The notes below the pieces were generated by a model that was given only the letters and a program-made list of their open reading frames with translations, searched no databases and was not told where the DNA came from. The translations under genes and the position numbers were made by a program. Shown one piece after another: positions 50,674-61,067 of a stretch of 64,000 nt of DNA. This stretch comes from an uncultured Verrucomicrobiae bacterium (GTDB lineage: Bacteria; Chlamydiota; Chlamydiia; Chlamydiales; Rhabdochlamydiaceae): contig CAVSUE010000001.1 of the NCBI GenBank assembly GCA_963731265.1, positions 1,632,001-1,696,000 of the forward strand, read 5' to 3'. Positions within the stretch are counted from its first letter, which is position 1. Every line of letters begins with the position of its first letter.

Positions 50674-51522
50674 TTAGCCCAACGCAAGAGACTTAATTGC
50701 CTCTTCTAGCTCAAAGCACTTTGCATAATTAGCATGCTGTAGGGCTTTATTTATTATCCTAAAAGGAATTTTAGACGCATTTTGATGTGAAACAACCTGA
50801 CAAAGACAATGGGCTAATTTTTTTCTCTCTTTTTCCCCAAAGTTAGTTAGGGTTTCCCCTCTCTGATCTAAAATCTTATCGAGACCATAATATCCATCTC
50901 TAGCGGGAATGTCTGAGGCCTGCGGAAAAGACATTGTCAAACGTACAAAATTCTCACTTCTTCTGTACACAGCGGCCCCCAAAACATCTGCAAGACCATA
51001 TTGACCTTCTGCCTGGATTTGCATTGCGTGAGGATGTGCGAAAACACTTTGCACATCTTTGGAGGAAAGTTCTAAAATAGCTCTACTTAAAATTCTTCCA
51101 ATGCTGTAAGGCCCATTAGGAGGTATTTTTTTTGTATGATAGTCAAAAAGAACGATGTATAGACTAACCCAGAGGGGTACGGAACGAAATGAATATTGAA
51201 ACAAAAGCTGGATATCCTCTGTATCAACATTTTCCTCTTTCATGCACGCTTTCAAATCGTTGATTGCATCGAAGAAACCCGACTGATCTGACAACGCCTC
51301 CATTTTCAACTTTTGAAGCAGAAGTGCAGTTATGGACGGATTGATCTTAATTAACACCCTTTCACCTGGAAAAGTTACATCTTTCTGTAATTCTTTAGCG
51401 GCAGCTTGAATCATTTCAAGAGCAGGTTTTGAGGAGATGCTGAAACGCCTTGTTTCCATTGCAGTCAATAACGGAACAACATGGGTCTGAAAAAGCGGCT
51501 GAATATGAGATATTGTGGCCAT
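50674..51522 (-). CDS. Hypothetical protein
   Basis: 282-aa orphan ORF; short internal repeat YGLADVL/YGLDKIL. Confidence 0.6.
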   Translation of the reverse strand: MATISHIQPLFQTHVVPLLTAMETRRFSISSKPALEMIQAAAKELQKDVTFPGERVLIKINPSITALLLQKLKMEALSDQSGFFDAINDLKACMKEENVDTEDIQLLFQYSFRSVPLWVSLYIVLFDYHTKKIPPNGPYSIGRILSRAILELSSKDVQSVFAHPHAMQIQAEGQYGLADVLGAAVYRRSENFVRLTMSFPQASDIPARDGYYGLDKILDQRGETLTNFGEKERKKLAHCLCQVVSHQNASKIPFRIINKALQHANYAKCFELEEAIKSLALG

Positions 51523-51530
51523 TTAACAAA

Positions 51531-51568
51531 CTCAGGTCTGTCTGGGATTTTATCCCAGACAGTCTGAG
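51531..51568. terminator. Hairpin downstream of rplI (terminator-like)
   Basis: CTCAGGTCTGTCTGGGAT / ATCCCAGACAGTCTGAG. Confidence 0.5.
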
Positions 51569-51573
51569 CAAGA

Positions 51574-52080
51574 TTATTCTTGTGTTTCGGGGGCTGATGG
51601 AGCTTCTTCCGGCTCTGGCATTTCTATCACGCCGCCGCTGTGCACTTTGAGAGTGACGCGGGCGGGAACGCCTTCTTTGAGCTTGAGGGTGACAGGATGA
51701 ACGCCCAATGTTTTGATGGGCTGAATGAGCGCGATATTGCGACGCTCGATTTTGTATCCTTCCTGTTCAAGCAGACGGGCGATGTCGAGGGCAGAAACGG
51801 AACCATACATGTGGCCGTCGGGATCGACTTTGACTTCGATCGAGAGGACCACGCCTTCGATCTTGCTGGCGATTTCTTCCGCTTCTTTTCGATCGACCTC
51901 AGCGAGCTGGGCCCTTTCTTCCTTGAGTTTGGCTTGCAGGCGCAATGTATATTTGTCTGCGATCACGGCCTTTTTTTGCGGAAGCAAAAAATTACGGCTG
52001 TATCCAGGCTTGACGCTGACGAGATCGCCGCTGCGGCCGAGATCATCGACATCTTCGATTAATAGTAACTGATTTCCCAT
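51574..52080 (-). CDS. rplI: 50S ribosomal protein L9
   Basis: LGRSGDLVSVKPGYSRNFLLP, MYGSV. Confidence 0.96.
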   Translation of the reverse strand: MGNQLLLIEDVDDLGRSGDLVSVKPGYSRNFLLPQKKAVIADKYTLRLQAKLKEERAQLAEVDRKEAEEIASKIEGVVLSIEVKVDPDGHMYGSVSALDIARLLEQEGYKIERRNIALIQPIKTLGVHPVTLKLKEGVPARVTLKVHSGGVIEMPEPEEAPSAPETQE

Positions 52081-52101
52081 AAAATTCTCTTTGTCCCCTT
52101 C

Positions 52102-52374
52102 TTATTCTTGAGCTACAAATGGCAAAAGCGCCATATGTCTTGCTCTTTTGATCGCTTGAGCAAGCTGCCGTTGATGATAAGCGGAAACCCCAGTGATCCG
52201 GCGAGGGATGATTTTTCCGCGTTCAGTGATGAATTGATATAAAGTGTTTGTATCTTTATAGTCGATGTGGCGAACACCCGCAGCCGTGAAAGGGCATGAC
52301 TTTCTTTTTTTAACGAAAATCCCTTCCAAAGATGGCGGTAGTTTCTCTTTTTCCTTTTTTGTTGTTATGCTCAT
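52102..52374 (-). CDS. rpsR: 30S ribosomal protein S18
   Basis: [30 protein letters not shown]. Confidence 0.97.
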   Translation of the reverse strand: MSITTKKEKEKLPPSLEGIFVKKRKSCPFTAAGVRHIDYKDTNTLYQFITERGKIIPRRITGVSAYHQRQLAQAIKRARHMALLPFVAQE

Positions 52375-52384
52375 GGTCTCATCC

Positions 52385-52726
52385 CTATTCTTGAAGGAGT
52401 TGTTTAAATTCTATTTTCTCCGGGACGGCTTCAGTCCGCAGGGTTAAAAAACGGACGAGGTCTTCATTGAGATGGTATTCCCGCCACATTTCATTCAAAT
52501 TGTTGGACGGGGTTGTAAAATAGAGCAGGAAATAATGCCCTTCTCTTCTACCATTGATCTCATAAGCAAGTTTTCTTCGGCCTTGATCGAATACCTTGTG
52601 GATCTCCCCTCCGCGGCCTGTGATGCCGGTGGTGATTTTTTCAAGCGCTTTTTGACGAGCGTCATCGCTTAAAGTAGCACTTAAGATGTACATCCCTTCA
52701 TAAAGATGTTTTCTTGTTTTAGCCAT
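52385..52726 (-). CDS. rpsF: 30S ribosomal protein S6
   Basis: [20 protein letters not shown]. Confidence 0.95.
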   Translation of the reverse strand: MAKTRKHLYEGMYILSATLSDDARQKALEKITTGITGRGGEIHKVFDQGRRKLAYEINGRREGHYFLLYFTTPSNNLNEMWREYHLNEDLVRFLTLRTEAVPEKIEFKQLLQE

Positions 52727-53333
52727 TGTTATCTCCTTCTTTCTTATCTTTACTATTCTTCGCATTCGCGGCCTGCATCGCCATCGCGATCCCCGCCGTC
52801 ACCCACAACTCGAGCACTTCGATGGCTTTGATTTTGATCTCCTCGATCGTCTTACTCTCTTCTTCAGAGAATTTGCCGAGAACATAATCTGCCAGATGCT
52901 CCTGTTCAGGGGAGCTGACTCCAATCCTGAGGCGAGCATAATGCTCGGTGTGCAAATGCGCTTCTATGCTTTTTAGCCCATTGTGGCCGCCGCTGCTTCC
53001 CTTGCTCCGCATTCTCATCGTCCCAATTGGAAGGGCGACATCGTCGCAAACGATGATTAACGAACCCACCGGCACCTTAAAATAATCGATGCATCGGCGG
53101 ACCGCATCGCCGCTGGAATTCATGAACGTCGTAGGGAGCAGCAATATCCCTTTTTTTCCGCGGACTTGGCCTTGGGCTGCATCTCCAATCAGATGGGAAG
53201 CGTGCTTGAACTCAAGGCCATGCTTCTTTCCAAAAGATTGGACGATATTGAACCCGACATTATGTCTTGTCTTTTGATACACTTTGCCGGGATTCCCAAG
53301 ACCGATGATTAAAAACTTTTCCAGTTCGTCCAC
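52719..53333 (-). CDS. pth: Peptidyl-tRNA hydrolase
   Basis: GLGNPG, TRHNVGF, PTTFMNSSG, GGHNGLKS. Confidence 0.96.
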   Translation of the reverse strand: MDELEKFLIIGLGNPGKVYQKTRHNVGFNIVQSFGKKHGLEFKHASHLIGDAAQGQVRGKKGILLLPTTFMNSSGDAVRRCIDYFKVPVGSLIIVCDDVALPIGTMRMRSKGSSGGHNGLKSIEAHLHTEHYARLRIGVSSPEQEHLADYVLGKFSEEESKTIEEIKIKAIEVLELWVTAGIAMAMQAANAKNSKDKKEGDNNG

Positions 53334-53342
53334 GGGTATCTA

Positions 53343-53900
53343 TTATCTCTTCGCAATCACGACGACAACTTCTTCAGGGCTGGCCAGCGCTCTAACACCT
53401 GCCGGCATAACCAGATCTTTCAATCGCCGGGATTGCCGTATTCCCAAATCTTTCACATCGACAAGAAACTCCGCCGGAATGTTTTTCGGCAGGCATTCCA
53501 CCTTGACATGGCGGACGACTTGTCTCAAAAAACCGCCGAGTTTAATGCCCATGCAATCGACGACGCCTGTGCAGTTAACAGGCACTTTGACGCAAACGGG
53601 TACATTATCGACAAGTTCTTCGAAGTCGATGTGTGAAACATGATAGGTTGTCAGATGGTATTGGATGTCTTTGATGATCGCGCGGCGTTCTTTTTTCCCG
53701 TCCGATACAACAAAAACCGTCGTTGGCAGCTGACCTGGCTTCATTTCACGTAGAATGGCACTGAATTCGGCGCCGATGACGATCAATTTTTCGGGTTGGC
53801 TTTTAGAAGAATAGATGATTGCAGGGATATTTCCTTCCCGGCGAATTTCTTTGATATCCTTCTTCTTCTCGCCAACGCGTTGTTTCACTGCGAGTTTCAT
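53343..53900 (-). CDS. rplY: 50S ribosomal protein L25 / Ctc
   Basis: IRREGNIPAIIY, IKDIQYH..HIDF; start MKLAVKQ after GGAG. Confidence 0.93.
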   Translation of the reverse strand: MKLAVKQRVGEKKKDIKEIRREGNIPAIIYSSKSQPEKLIVIGAEFSAILREMKPGQLPTTVFVVSDGKKERRAIIKDIQYHLTTYHVSHIDFEELVDNVPVCVKVPVNCTGVVDCMGIKLGGFLRQVVRHVKVECLPKNIPAEFLVDVKDLGIRQSRRLKDLVMPAGVRALASPEEVVVVIAKR

Positions 53901-53949
53901 AAATAATACTCCATTTTTTACAAATTTTTTTTCGAGAAAAGAGCACCTG

Positions 53950-54074
53950 GCTCGACTTTGTAACTTTTGGGGGCCGCTACCTCGCCACTTTACTTTCCGC
54001 CGGCCGATCATGGGTCGGACGGCCGAGAGCAAATATTTCGAGTCCTTCGGACCCAAAAAGTTACAAAGTCGAGC
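53950..54074. repeat. Family E element without F, between prs and rplY
   Basis: GCTCGACTTTGTAACTTTT...AAAAGTTACAAAGTCGAGC. Confidence 0.9.
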
Positions 54075-54080
54075 GTGGGA

Positions 54081-55019
54081 CTAATTATAGAGAGAGGAAA
54101 TCGATTTGGCGCCAATGATCGATTGGATCGCCTTTCCAAAGAGCGGGGCCGCAGTGACGATCTCCAATTTTTTCTGGTCAATCGTTTCCGGGGCTGGAAT
54201 AGTATTGCTCATTACGATTCTTTCGATTCCGCTATCCTCAAGTAGTCCTTTCCCGACAAATAAGCCATGGCTAACAGCTGCCCAAACGCGCTTTGCGCCG
54301 GCATGCTTGCAAACCCTGGCTGCAGTTTTAAGTGTCCCCCCTGTCGAACACACGTCGTCTACGAGAAGGACATTTTTGTCCTTCACGTCCCCGATCAGGG
54401 CGGACATTTCCACTTGTTCTGCACTTACACGGCGCTTATCAACGATAGCGAGATCAATTTTCAAGGCTTCGGCATACGCCCGAGCCAGTTTGATGCTGCC
54501 TATATCCGGAGCTACAACGACAAACTCGTCCATCTTTTGTTTAGACAGAGCCTCTACAATGAGAGGACGAGCATAAAGGTTATCGACAGGGATGTCGAAA
54601 AAACCCTGGATTTGCTCGGTATGCAAATCCATCGTCAACACTCGCGTCGCCCCTGCTGTTTGCAGGAGGTCGGCAACGAGTTTGGCCGTGATCGGCTCGC
54701 GCTCCTTGCCTCGTCTGTCTTGCCGCGCATACCCATAATAAGGAATGACGGCGATGATAGAACGGGCGGACGCGCGTTTCATAGCATCGATCAAAATCAA
54801 TAGTTCCATGAGATAGAAGTTGGGATGGCGCGCTATAGATTGAACTATAAACACATCCCGACCACGGACGCTCTCTAAAACGTGAGCGCCTATCTCGCCA
54901 TCTGGAAACATTTCGATGCGCGCTTTTCCCAGTGGAATGCCTAAACAATCCGCGATTTGTTGAGCAAGCTCCAGATGGGAGGTGCCAGCAAAAAGCGCAT
55001 AATCATTGTTTTGAGACAT
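54081..55019 (-). CDS. prs: Ribose-phosphate pyrophosphokinase
   Basis: FPDGE, PYYGYARQDR, DLH, VDDVCSTGGT. Confidence 0.97.
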   Translation of the reverse strand: MSQNNDYALFAGTSHLELAQQIADCLGIPLGKARIEMFPDGEIGAHVLESVRGRDVFIVQSIARHPNFYLMELLILIDAMKRASARSIIAVIPYYGYARQDRRGKEREPITAKLVADLLQTAGATRVLTMDLHTEQIQGFFDIPVDNLYARPLIVEALSKQKMDEFVVVAPDIGSIKLARAYAEALKIDLAIVDKRRVSAEQVEMSALIGDVKDKNVLLVDDVCSTGGTLKTAARVCKHAGAKRVWAAVSHGLFVGKGLLEDSGIERIVMSNTIPAPETIDQKKLEIVTAAPLFGKAIQSIIGAKSISSLYN

Positions 55020-55049
55020 TCGTACTCGCTGGGTATAAGTGAGTCACAT

Positions 55050-55218
55050 TACACATCGTAATCCAAAAATTGGCCACTGGCTTCGTCGGCATCTTCATCT
55101 TTGCAACTGGCTGCATCGGGTATGTGCTTACACATGCCCTGCTTCGCCAACGGCTGCGCCTGCTGCAAATCTAAAGCGCCGACATTGCCTTTGACCAATC
55201 TTTGAATCTCTCTATGTA
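55050..55218. repeat. Palindromic element family B
   Basis: Imperfect TIR TACACATCGTAATCCAAAAATTGGCCA / TGACCAATCTTTGAATCTCTCTATGTA; homolog at 5669-5781. Confidence 0.8.
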
Positions 55219-55230
55219 TTAACACTAAAC

Positions 55231-55302
<72 letters not shown>

Positions 55303-55484
55303 CCAACAAAAGTTAAGTCGCTTGCGAAAAACAGCCATGCTAAATGGTCTAACATTAAAATGCAATCCTAAGACAAAAAGACCTGATTGTCTGAGGGATA
55401 TATCGACACCTCCTAAAAAAAACAGGTTTACAGTAGCGCCAATATACGCATTAATATTAAAAAAATAATTAACAGGTTGTCGTC

Positions 55485-57029
55485 ATGTACATAGTTCATA
55501 TTGTGACCGAGCTCTGTCCCATTGCGCGCGTCGGGGGGCTAGCGGATGTGATCTACGGACTTTCCAAGGAACTGTGCAGACAGGGGCATAAAGTGGAGAT
55601 TATCCTGCCCAAATACGACTGCATGGTTGATGCCGAACTTAAGAATTTGAAAGTGGAACATCCGGACGTTTGGTCTTTCGAAGGCGTGAATAGATACAAT
55701 AATACTATCTGGTCCGCTGATCTCGATGGACTTAAAGTGCTGCTTGTCGAAGCCCACCATCCCCAGTATTACTTTGGCCGCGGCGTCATATATGGATGTC
55801 CGGACGATATTGATCGGTTTACTTATTTTTCTCGCACAGCAATGGAGTTTCTCTTTAAAGCCGGCAAGCAGCCCGATGCGATTCATGTGCATGATTGGCC
55901 AACGGCTTTAGTTCCCGTTCTTTATAAAGAAATGTATCAACCTCTTGGTTATCATGCTGGAGGCACAGTCTTGACGATCCATAACATGGAACACCAAGGC
56001 CAATGCCAGGTATTCAATCTCTCCCGCATCGGTCTACGCGGGGAAAGTTATCTCACTCCCGAAAAAATGCAAGATCCCCGTTCTTCCAATCTCCTCAATC
56101 TCCTCAAAGGGGGCATCGTCTACGGCGACAAAATCACAACGGTATCCCCCAATTACGAAAAAGAGATACAGACTCCAGAAGGAGGTTTTGGCCTTCAGGA
56201 CGTCCTGATAAAACACCGAAAAAAACTAGGTGGGATTTTGAATGGAATCGATGAAGATTTTTGGAATCCCGAAAAAGATCCTCATCTCGTACAAAGATAC
56301 GCAACCCATGGGGTTGAAAAAGATCGACTTGCTTCCGTCTTAGAGGCAAAAAAAGAAAATAAGCGTTTTTTACGCGATCGTTTTAATCTTAAGCAAACAG
56401 ATGTCCCGCTTGTCGCTTCTGTCACACGTCTGGTCTCGCAGAAAAGTCCCGAGCTCATCAAATACGGCCTGCAACGCACTCTCGAAAAAGGGGGACAGTT
56501 TATTCTTCTCGGCTCGACCCATAATCCTTTGGTTCAAAAAGAATTTGAAACACTGCAGGAAGAGCTTAAAAACCATGAAAATGCCGTTGTGCTATTGGAC
56601 AAAGACGAGGCATTGGCCCATCAAATTTATGCAGCTGCCGACCTATTCCTGATTCCTTCTCTGTTTGAGCCTTGCGGACTCACCCAGCTCATTGCTCTAC
56701 GTTACGGAGCAGTTCCCATCGTCCGTTTGACGGGAGGCCTCGCCGATACTGTTTTTGACGTGGATACATCGCCCTGCCCCATCGAAAAAAGAAACGGCTT
56801 TACTTTTGACCTTCCCGATAAAAAAGGCGTCGATGGGGCCTTGACTCGAGCCCTGGATTGTTATAAGCATCAGCCTCAAAAATGGCAGTCGCTCATCTTG
56901 CACGGCATCCAGCAAGATTTTAGCTGGAAGCACTTCCTTCCTGATTATTTGTCGGTTTATCGGGATCTTGGAACAGCCATCGAAGAAGAGTCTGTTAAAA
57001 CTAAACCTAAAAAAATCAAGTCAGCTTGA
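55485..57029 (+). CDS. glgA: Glycogen synthase
   Basis: RVGGLADV, HVHDW, TIHN, GILNGID, PSLFEPCGLTQL, TGGLADT. Confidence 0.95.
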   Translation: MYIVHIVTELCPIARVGGLADVIYGLSKELCRQGHKVEIILPKYDCMVDAELKNLKVEHPDVWSFEGVNRYNNTIWSADLDGLKVLLVEAHHPQYYFGRGVIYGCPDDIDRFTYFSRTAMEFLFKAGKQPDAIHVHDWPTALVPVLYKEMYQPLGYHAGGTVLTIHNMEHQGQCQVFNLSRIGLRGESYLTPEKMQDPRSSNLLNLLKGGIVYGDKITTVSPNYEKEIQTPEGGFGLQDVLIKHRKKLGGILNGIDEDFWNPEKDPHLVQRYATHGVEKDRLASVLEAKKENKRFLRDRFNLKQTDVPLVASVTRLVSQKSPELIKYGLQRTLEKGGQFILLGSTHNPLVQKEFETLQEELKNHENAVVLLDKDEALAHQIYAAADLFLIPSLFEPCGLTQLIALRYGAVPIVRLTGGLADTVFDVDTSPCPIEKRNGFTFDLPDKKGVDGALTRALDCYKHQPQKWQSLILHGIQQDFSWKHFLPDYLSVYRDLGTAIEEESVKTKPKKIKSA

Positions 57030-57033
57030 TTCT

Positions 57034-57188
57034 TAGAGACTGACCACAAACCCAGGCTTCATCGCTTTTTGGTATTATTTTGGCCGCTTTTCGATTCTTT
57101 TTGCAGGGATAGTATACGCAAGTTGGTACAACCCCCCGCAAAAAGAATTCGAAAATCGACAGAAGCTGAGTTTGTGGTCAGTCTCTTA
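57034..57188. repeat. Palindromic element with family C core and different termini
   Basis: TAGAGACTGACCACAAAC...GTTTGTGGTCAGTCTCTTA. Confidence 0.85.
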
Positions 57189-57191
57189 GAG

Positions 57192-58677
57192 CATAGTGTT
57201 ATACACAACTTTTTATTGACAAGATAGCCCTTCCATTCTGCATCCTGTTTCTCCTAAACTCTTAGGAGGGCTAAAATGGGATGGATTGATTTGGAAATGG
57301 CTGAATTGAAAGTGGGTGATAAACGGTTAGACAAAAGAGTCAAGCATGCGATTGAAAAACTCGCGGCCTCTTCTGAGGGCAGCTTGCCAGCCTGTTTCAA
57401 AACAAGATCCGAGCTGGTCGGGGCTTATAGACTGTTTAGTAATGATTTTGTAACTCCTGAGAAAATATTAGAACCCCATTACAAGAACGTGCAGCAAAGA
57501 GCTAAAGCATTCCCTGTAGTCTTATTGTTAAATGACACCTCCTCTCTTGACTACACATCTAGAGATGTAGAAGGGTTAGGTATGTTGGAAAAGAATTATA
57601 CGAAAGGACTGTTTATTCATCCTATACTCGCGATCACCCCTGATAGGCAGTGCTTGGGACTCGTAGATCATGGTACATGGACTAGAGTACCCAACCAGCA
57701 TAGAAATCAAATTTCTGGAACTATTCGAGGCAGCCAACCCATAGAGGAAAAAGAAAGTTTTCGCTGGTTAGAAAGCTACAGGCAAGGATGCCTATTTGCA
57801 AAATCCACACAGGAAACAGGATTTGTATATATTGCGGATAGAGAAAGCGATATTTTAGAGCTGTTGGCTGAAGCAATTAAGGAAAAAGAGCAGACTAAGA
57901 ATATCGATATTCTGATTCGGGCAAAACACGATCGTGTTTTAGTCGGTGAAATCGAGGAGAAAAAACTTAAGAAAACGATGTCGAAAGCTCCAGTAATAGC
58001 TCAGATAAAATTCCACATTCCAGGAAGAGGAACTCAAAAAAGCCGGGAAGTTGAACAATCTATTCGAGTCAAACAAGTGAAGGTTCAAGGAAAAGAAGTC
58101 AAAGGGAAGATCTACCCCTCTATGCAGATCAATGCAGTCCTTTGTGTGGAGGAATCCCCTCCTGCAGGTTCTGAAGCGGTTGTTTGGCTTCTTTTAACTA
58201 CCTTGCCGATTAACAATGAGGAAGAAGTTTTAAGAGTCATTAAATACTATTTATGCCGTTGGGAGATAGAAACGTTTTTTAATGTTTTGAAGAATGGGTG
58301 TAATGTTGAAGAGAAGGAACTTAAAACAGCAGACAGACTAAAAAACATGATCGCTCTGTTTATGATTATTTCATGGAGAGTCATGTTTTTAATGAATCTA
58401 GGTCGAAAAAATCCAGACAAGCCATGCGACGAAGTCTTTGAGAATGCTGAATGGATGTCCGTCTGCAGCATACTGAATAAAAAAGCACCGAAAGAACCAC
58501 CCCGACTTGGAGAATTTATGATCATGATCGGTAGATTGGGTGGTTACCTACCTAGGGAGAGCCCTCCCGGAGTAAAGGTTATATGGGAAGGGCTCAAAAG
58601 AATGGCAGATTATGCATTGATGTGGGAAACGGTTAATGCGCATTATCTGTCAATAAAAAGTTGTGTATAACACTATG
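57192..58677 (+). mobile_element. IS4 family (IS50/Tn5-like) insertion sequence, 1486 bp
   Basis: Perfect TIR CATAGTGTTATACACAACTTTTTATTGACA / TGTCAATAAAAAGTTGTGTATAACACTATG; 9-bp target duplication CTCTTAGAG at 57183-57191 and 58678-58686. Confidence 0.96.
57276..58670 (+). CDS. IS4 family transposase
   Basis: GDKRL, DTSSLD, EKESFRW, ADRESDI, Y..RWEIETFF..LK (YREK motif). Confidence 0.95.
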   Translation: MGWIDLEMAELKVGDKRLDKRVKHAIEKLAASSEGSLPACFKTRSELVGAYRLFSNDFVTPEKILEPHYKNVQQRAKAFPVVLLLNDTSSLDYTSRDVEGLGMLEKNYTKGLFIHPILAITPDRQCLGLVDHGTWTRVPNQHRNQISGTIRGSQPIEEKESFRWLESYRQGCLFAKSTQETGFVYIADRESDILELLAEAIKEKEQTKNIDILIRAKHDRVLVGEIEEKKLKKTMSKAPVIAQIKFHIPGRGTQKSREVEQSIRVKQVKVQGKEVKGKIYPSMQINAVLCVEESPPAGSEAVVWLLLTTLPINNEEEVLRVIKYYLCRWEIETFFNVLKNGCNVEEKELKTADRLKNMIALFMIISWRVMFLMNLGRKNPDKPCDEVFENAEWMSVCSILNKKAPKEPPRLGEFMIMIGRLGGYLPRESPPGVKVIWEGLKRMADYALMWETVNAHYLSIKSCV

Positions 58678-58681
58678 CTCT

Positions 58682-58851
58682 TAGAGGGTATTGTAAAATT
58701 GCTTTCCCTCTAGAAAAGAGAGATTTTCGAGCAGATTTAAAAAGTCCGGCCGAGCCAAATATCGGGACGGTCATATGGGCGAGGGCGGACTTTTTGAAGA
58801 TGCCGAAAAGATCCTTTTCTAGAGGGGAATGAGTTTTACAACATCCTCTTA
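58682..58851. repeat. Palindromic element family G ending in pgsA stop codon
   Basis: TAGAGGGTATTGTAAAATT..CCCTCTAGAAAAG...CTTTTCTAGAGGG..GTTTTACAACATCCTCTTA. Confidence 0.8.
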
Positions 58852-59436
58852 GAGGCCCACAGCTTTTTTGATGTATTTCCGGTTGGCGAAGATGTACTCG
58901 GCACCCGAATAGAGGGTGTAAATGGCGGCTGTCAGAACGCTATAAAAACTAATCGCTTGAAGAAGTTCGAGATCCAAGCACCCGAGTGAATAAGGGACCA
59001 TTAAAATTAAAATAAAAAAGACCACTGCTGCCTGGATGACCGCTTTAATCTTTCCCGAAAGGCGGGCAGCAAGGGCGATTCCCCTCAATGCGCACAGAGT
59101 CCTTAGGGTACTAATGATTATATCACGATAAAAGAACACGCAAACCAGCAAAAGCGGAAGCTGAATGGCGCCTTGAGTAAAGGCAAGTAAAACGGAAAGC
59201 CGAAAGATGCTGTCGGCCATAGGATCGAGAAGTTTGCCAAGATCAGTGACTTTATTCTGCTTACGTGCGAGCGCCCCGTCAAAAGCATCGGAAAGCTCGG
59301 AGATGCCGGCTAAAACAAGAAGGATATATGGCAGTACAGCGAGGCTGATGTCCAAATCTTGAGAATAAAGGTACACGACCAAAAAGATGGGGCCGAGAAA
59401 AATTCTGGATAGTGTCAGAATTAGTGCTATGCTCAC
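58849..59436 (-). CDS. pgsA: CDP-diacylglycerol--glycerol-3-phosphate 3-phosphatidyltransferase
   Basis: LTLSR, SDAFDGALAR..TDLGKLLDPMAD, GKIKA. Confidence 0.93.
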   Translation of the reverse strand: MSIALILTLSRIFLGPIFLVVYLYSQDLDISLAVLPYILLVLAGISELSDAFDGALARKQNKVTDLGKLLDPMADSIFRLSVLLAFTQGAIQLPLLLVCVFFYRDIIISTLRTLCALRGIALAARLSGKIKAVIQAAVVFFILILMVPYSLGCLDLELLQAISFYSVLTAAIYTLYSGAEYIFANRKYIKKAVGL

Positions 59437-59485
59437 GAAATTAACCTAAACGTAGGCTTTCAAGGTATATTCATTTCCCTCTTTT

Positions 59486-60535
59486 TTAGGAAGGGGCAAT
59501 ACTCAATTTATTTTGCATCGCCAGCTGGCCGCAAGCGGCCGCAATGTCTTTTCCCTTAGTGTACCTCCAAGTCGCCACGATATCATAAGAAGACAGGATG
59601 GTACGAAAATTTTCAATTGCTTCCTTCTCAGGCCGCTTCAGTTTCAGGCCTGGAACAGGATTATAGGGAATAAGGTTGACTGTGCAAGGTTGTCCCTTCA
59701 ACAAAACCCCCAATTCATGCGCATGGTCGGGAAGATCGTTGATCCCTTCAATTAAAGTGTATTCATAGGTAATGTCCCTTCTGCTCTCTCTGGCAAAAGC
59801 GGTCATCGCGGCGATGAGGTCTTCCAAGGGATATTTGCGAGCGTAAGGGATAATTTTTTTACGGATATGCTGATTAGGCGCATGCAAAGACAAAACGAGG
59901 CTGACATTCAAATCTTCTTTCATAAAGCGACGGATCCCCTCAATGACTCCAACCGTTGAGACTGTCATACGGCGCTGGGAAATATTGAGGCGGGAGGGTT
60001 CGTTCAACAGGTGGATGGCCTGCAGAACGTTGTCATAATTTTCAAATGGCTCGCCCATGCCCATGAAGACAACATGAGAAACCCTTTCCCCTTTCTGATG
60101 CAGGAAACGATCAATCTGGTAGACCTGTTCGAAAATTTCTGCCGCGTTCAGGTTGCGCAAAAGCCCCTGTTTGCCCGAAGCGCAAAAGGCGCACCGCGCA
60201 GGACAGCCGACTTGGGAAGAGACGCACACTGTCCGCCTCTGCTTGGAACAGATGAGAACCGATTCCACGAGTTCTCCGTCGTACAATTCCCATAAAAATT
60301 TAGTCGTTTCCTCATCTTTGGACTCTTGGATATTTTTCTGTACAAGGGAAGAAAGAGATAACTTTTCCTTCAATTTCGATCGTAAAGACTTATTGAGATC
60401 AGTCATTTGATCCCATTCGATCACTTTTCTTTCATAAATCCAGTGAAATATTTGCTTGGCGCGAAAAGGCTTTTCTCCCTCTTCGCTAAGGAGCTTCGAG
60501 AGCTCGTCCAAACTCATACTGTGAAGTGTTGGCAT
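59486..60535 (-). CDS. rlmN: 23S rRNA (adenine2503-C2) methyltransferase
   Basis: CVSSQVGCPARCAFC, MGMGEP, SLHA, NLIPYN, DIAAACGQL. Confidence 0.96.
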   Translation of the reverse strand: MPTLHSMSLDELSKLLSEEGEKPFRAKQIFHWIYERKVIEWDQMTDLNKSLRSKLKEKLSLSSLVQKNIQESKDEETTKFLWELYDGELVESVLICSKQRRTVCVSSQVGCPARCAFCASGKQGLLRNLNAAEIFEQVYQIDRFLHQKGERVSHVVFMGMGEPFENYDNVLQAIHLLNEPSRLNISQRRMTVSTVGVIEGIRRFMKEDLNVSLVLSLHAPNQHIRKKIIPYARKYPLEDLIAAMTAFARESRRDITYEYTLIEGINDLPDHAHELGVLLKGQPCTVNLIPYNPVPGLKLKRPEKEAIENFRTILSSYDIVATWRYTKGKDIAAACGQLAMQNKLSIAPS

Positions 60536-60541
60536 GAGGCC

Positions 60542-60838
60542 TTATAATTGGGAAACGTTTCGTGTAAAAAGGTGTCTGTAGGCCTTATCAAAAAATGGCC
60601 GCCCTTTCTTGCTGAGATTGATCTTCTCAAGTGCACGGGCTGCGTCTTTATGCTCTTGCAATGTCTTATAAGTATTATTCGCAATGCAGCGATAGACCTT
60701 TTTGTCCATATGGAGTCTTGCTGAAAGGAGCTCATGCGATAGACGCGTATAGATTTTTCTTTCTTTGCGATCGGCGAAATGGACAGCAAGAGCCGTCTTT
60801 GGCAGAGAAACTCTTCGGACTGATAATGCAATCGCCAT
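60542..60838 (-). CDS. Hypothetical basic protein
   Basis: 98-aa ORF with AGGGG SD, ends just before rlmN start. Confidence 0.5.
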   Translation of the reverse strand: MAIALSVRRVSLPKTALAVHFADRKERKIYTRLSHELLSARLHMDKKVYRCIANNTYKTLQEHKDAARALEKINLSKKGRPFFDKAYRHLFTRNVSQL

Positions 60839-60937
60839 AAAAGATTTACCCCTATTTTTTGGAGACTATTTTATAGGAGAAGGGCTTAAGAAGCAACTCG
60901 GAAAATGATAATTTTAGTTGGGTGCAACTAAAATTTA

Positions 60938-61061
60938 TAATCATTATGAAAAAATAGCGAGAAGACTAAGATGAAAGCCTCGAAAGGCGGGCACGCGATG
61001 CAGGCAACCCCGAGTGGAGTTGTCGATCAGATTAACCTTCGCCGCATTTTTTCATTGAGTA
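60938..61061. repeat. Degenerate palindromic element family H
   Basis: ATGAAAAAATAGCGAGAAG...CTTCGCCGCATTTTTTCAT. Confidence 0.5.
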
Positions 61062-61067
61062 AGGATT

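Noticed and set aside
53901..54056. Extended L25 N-terminus
   Set aside because: Runs through element E; GGAG SD supports ATG at 53900
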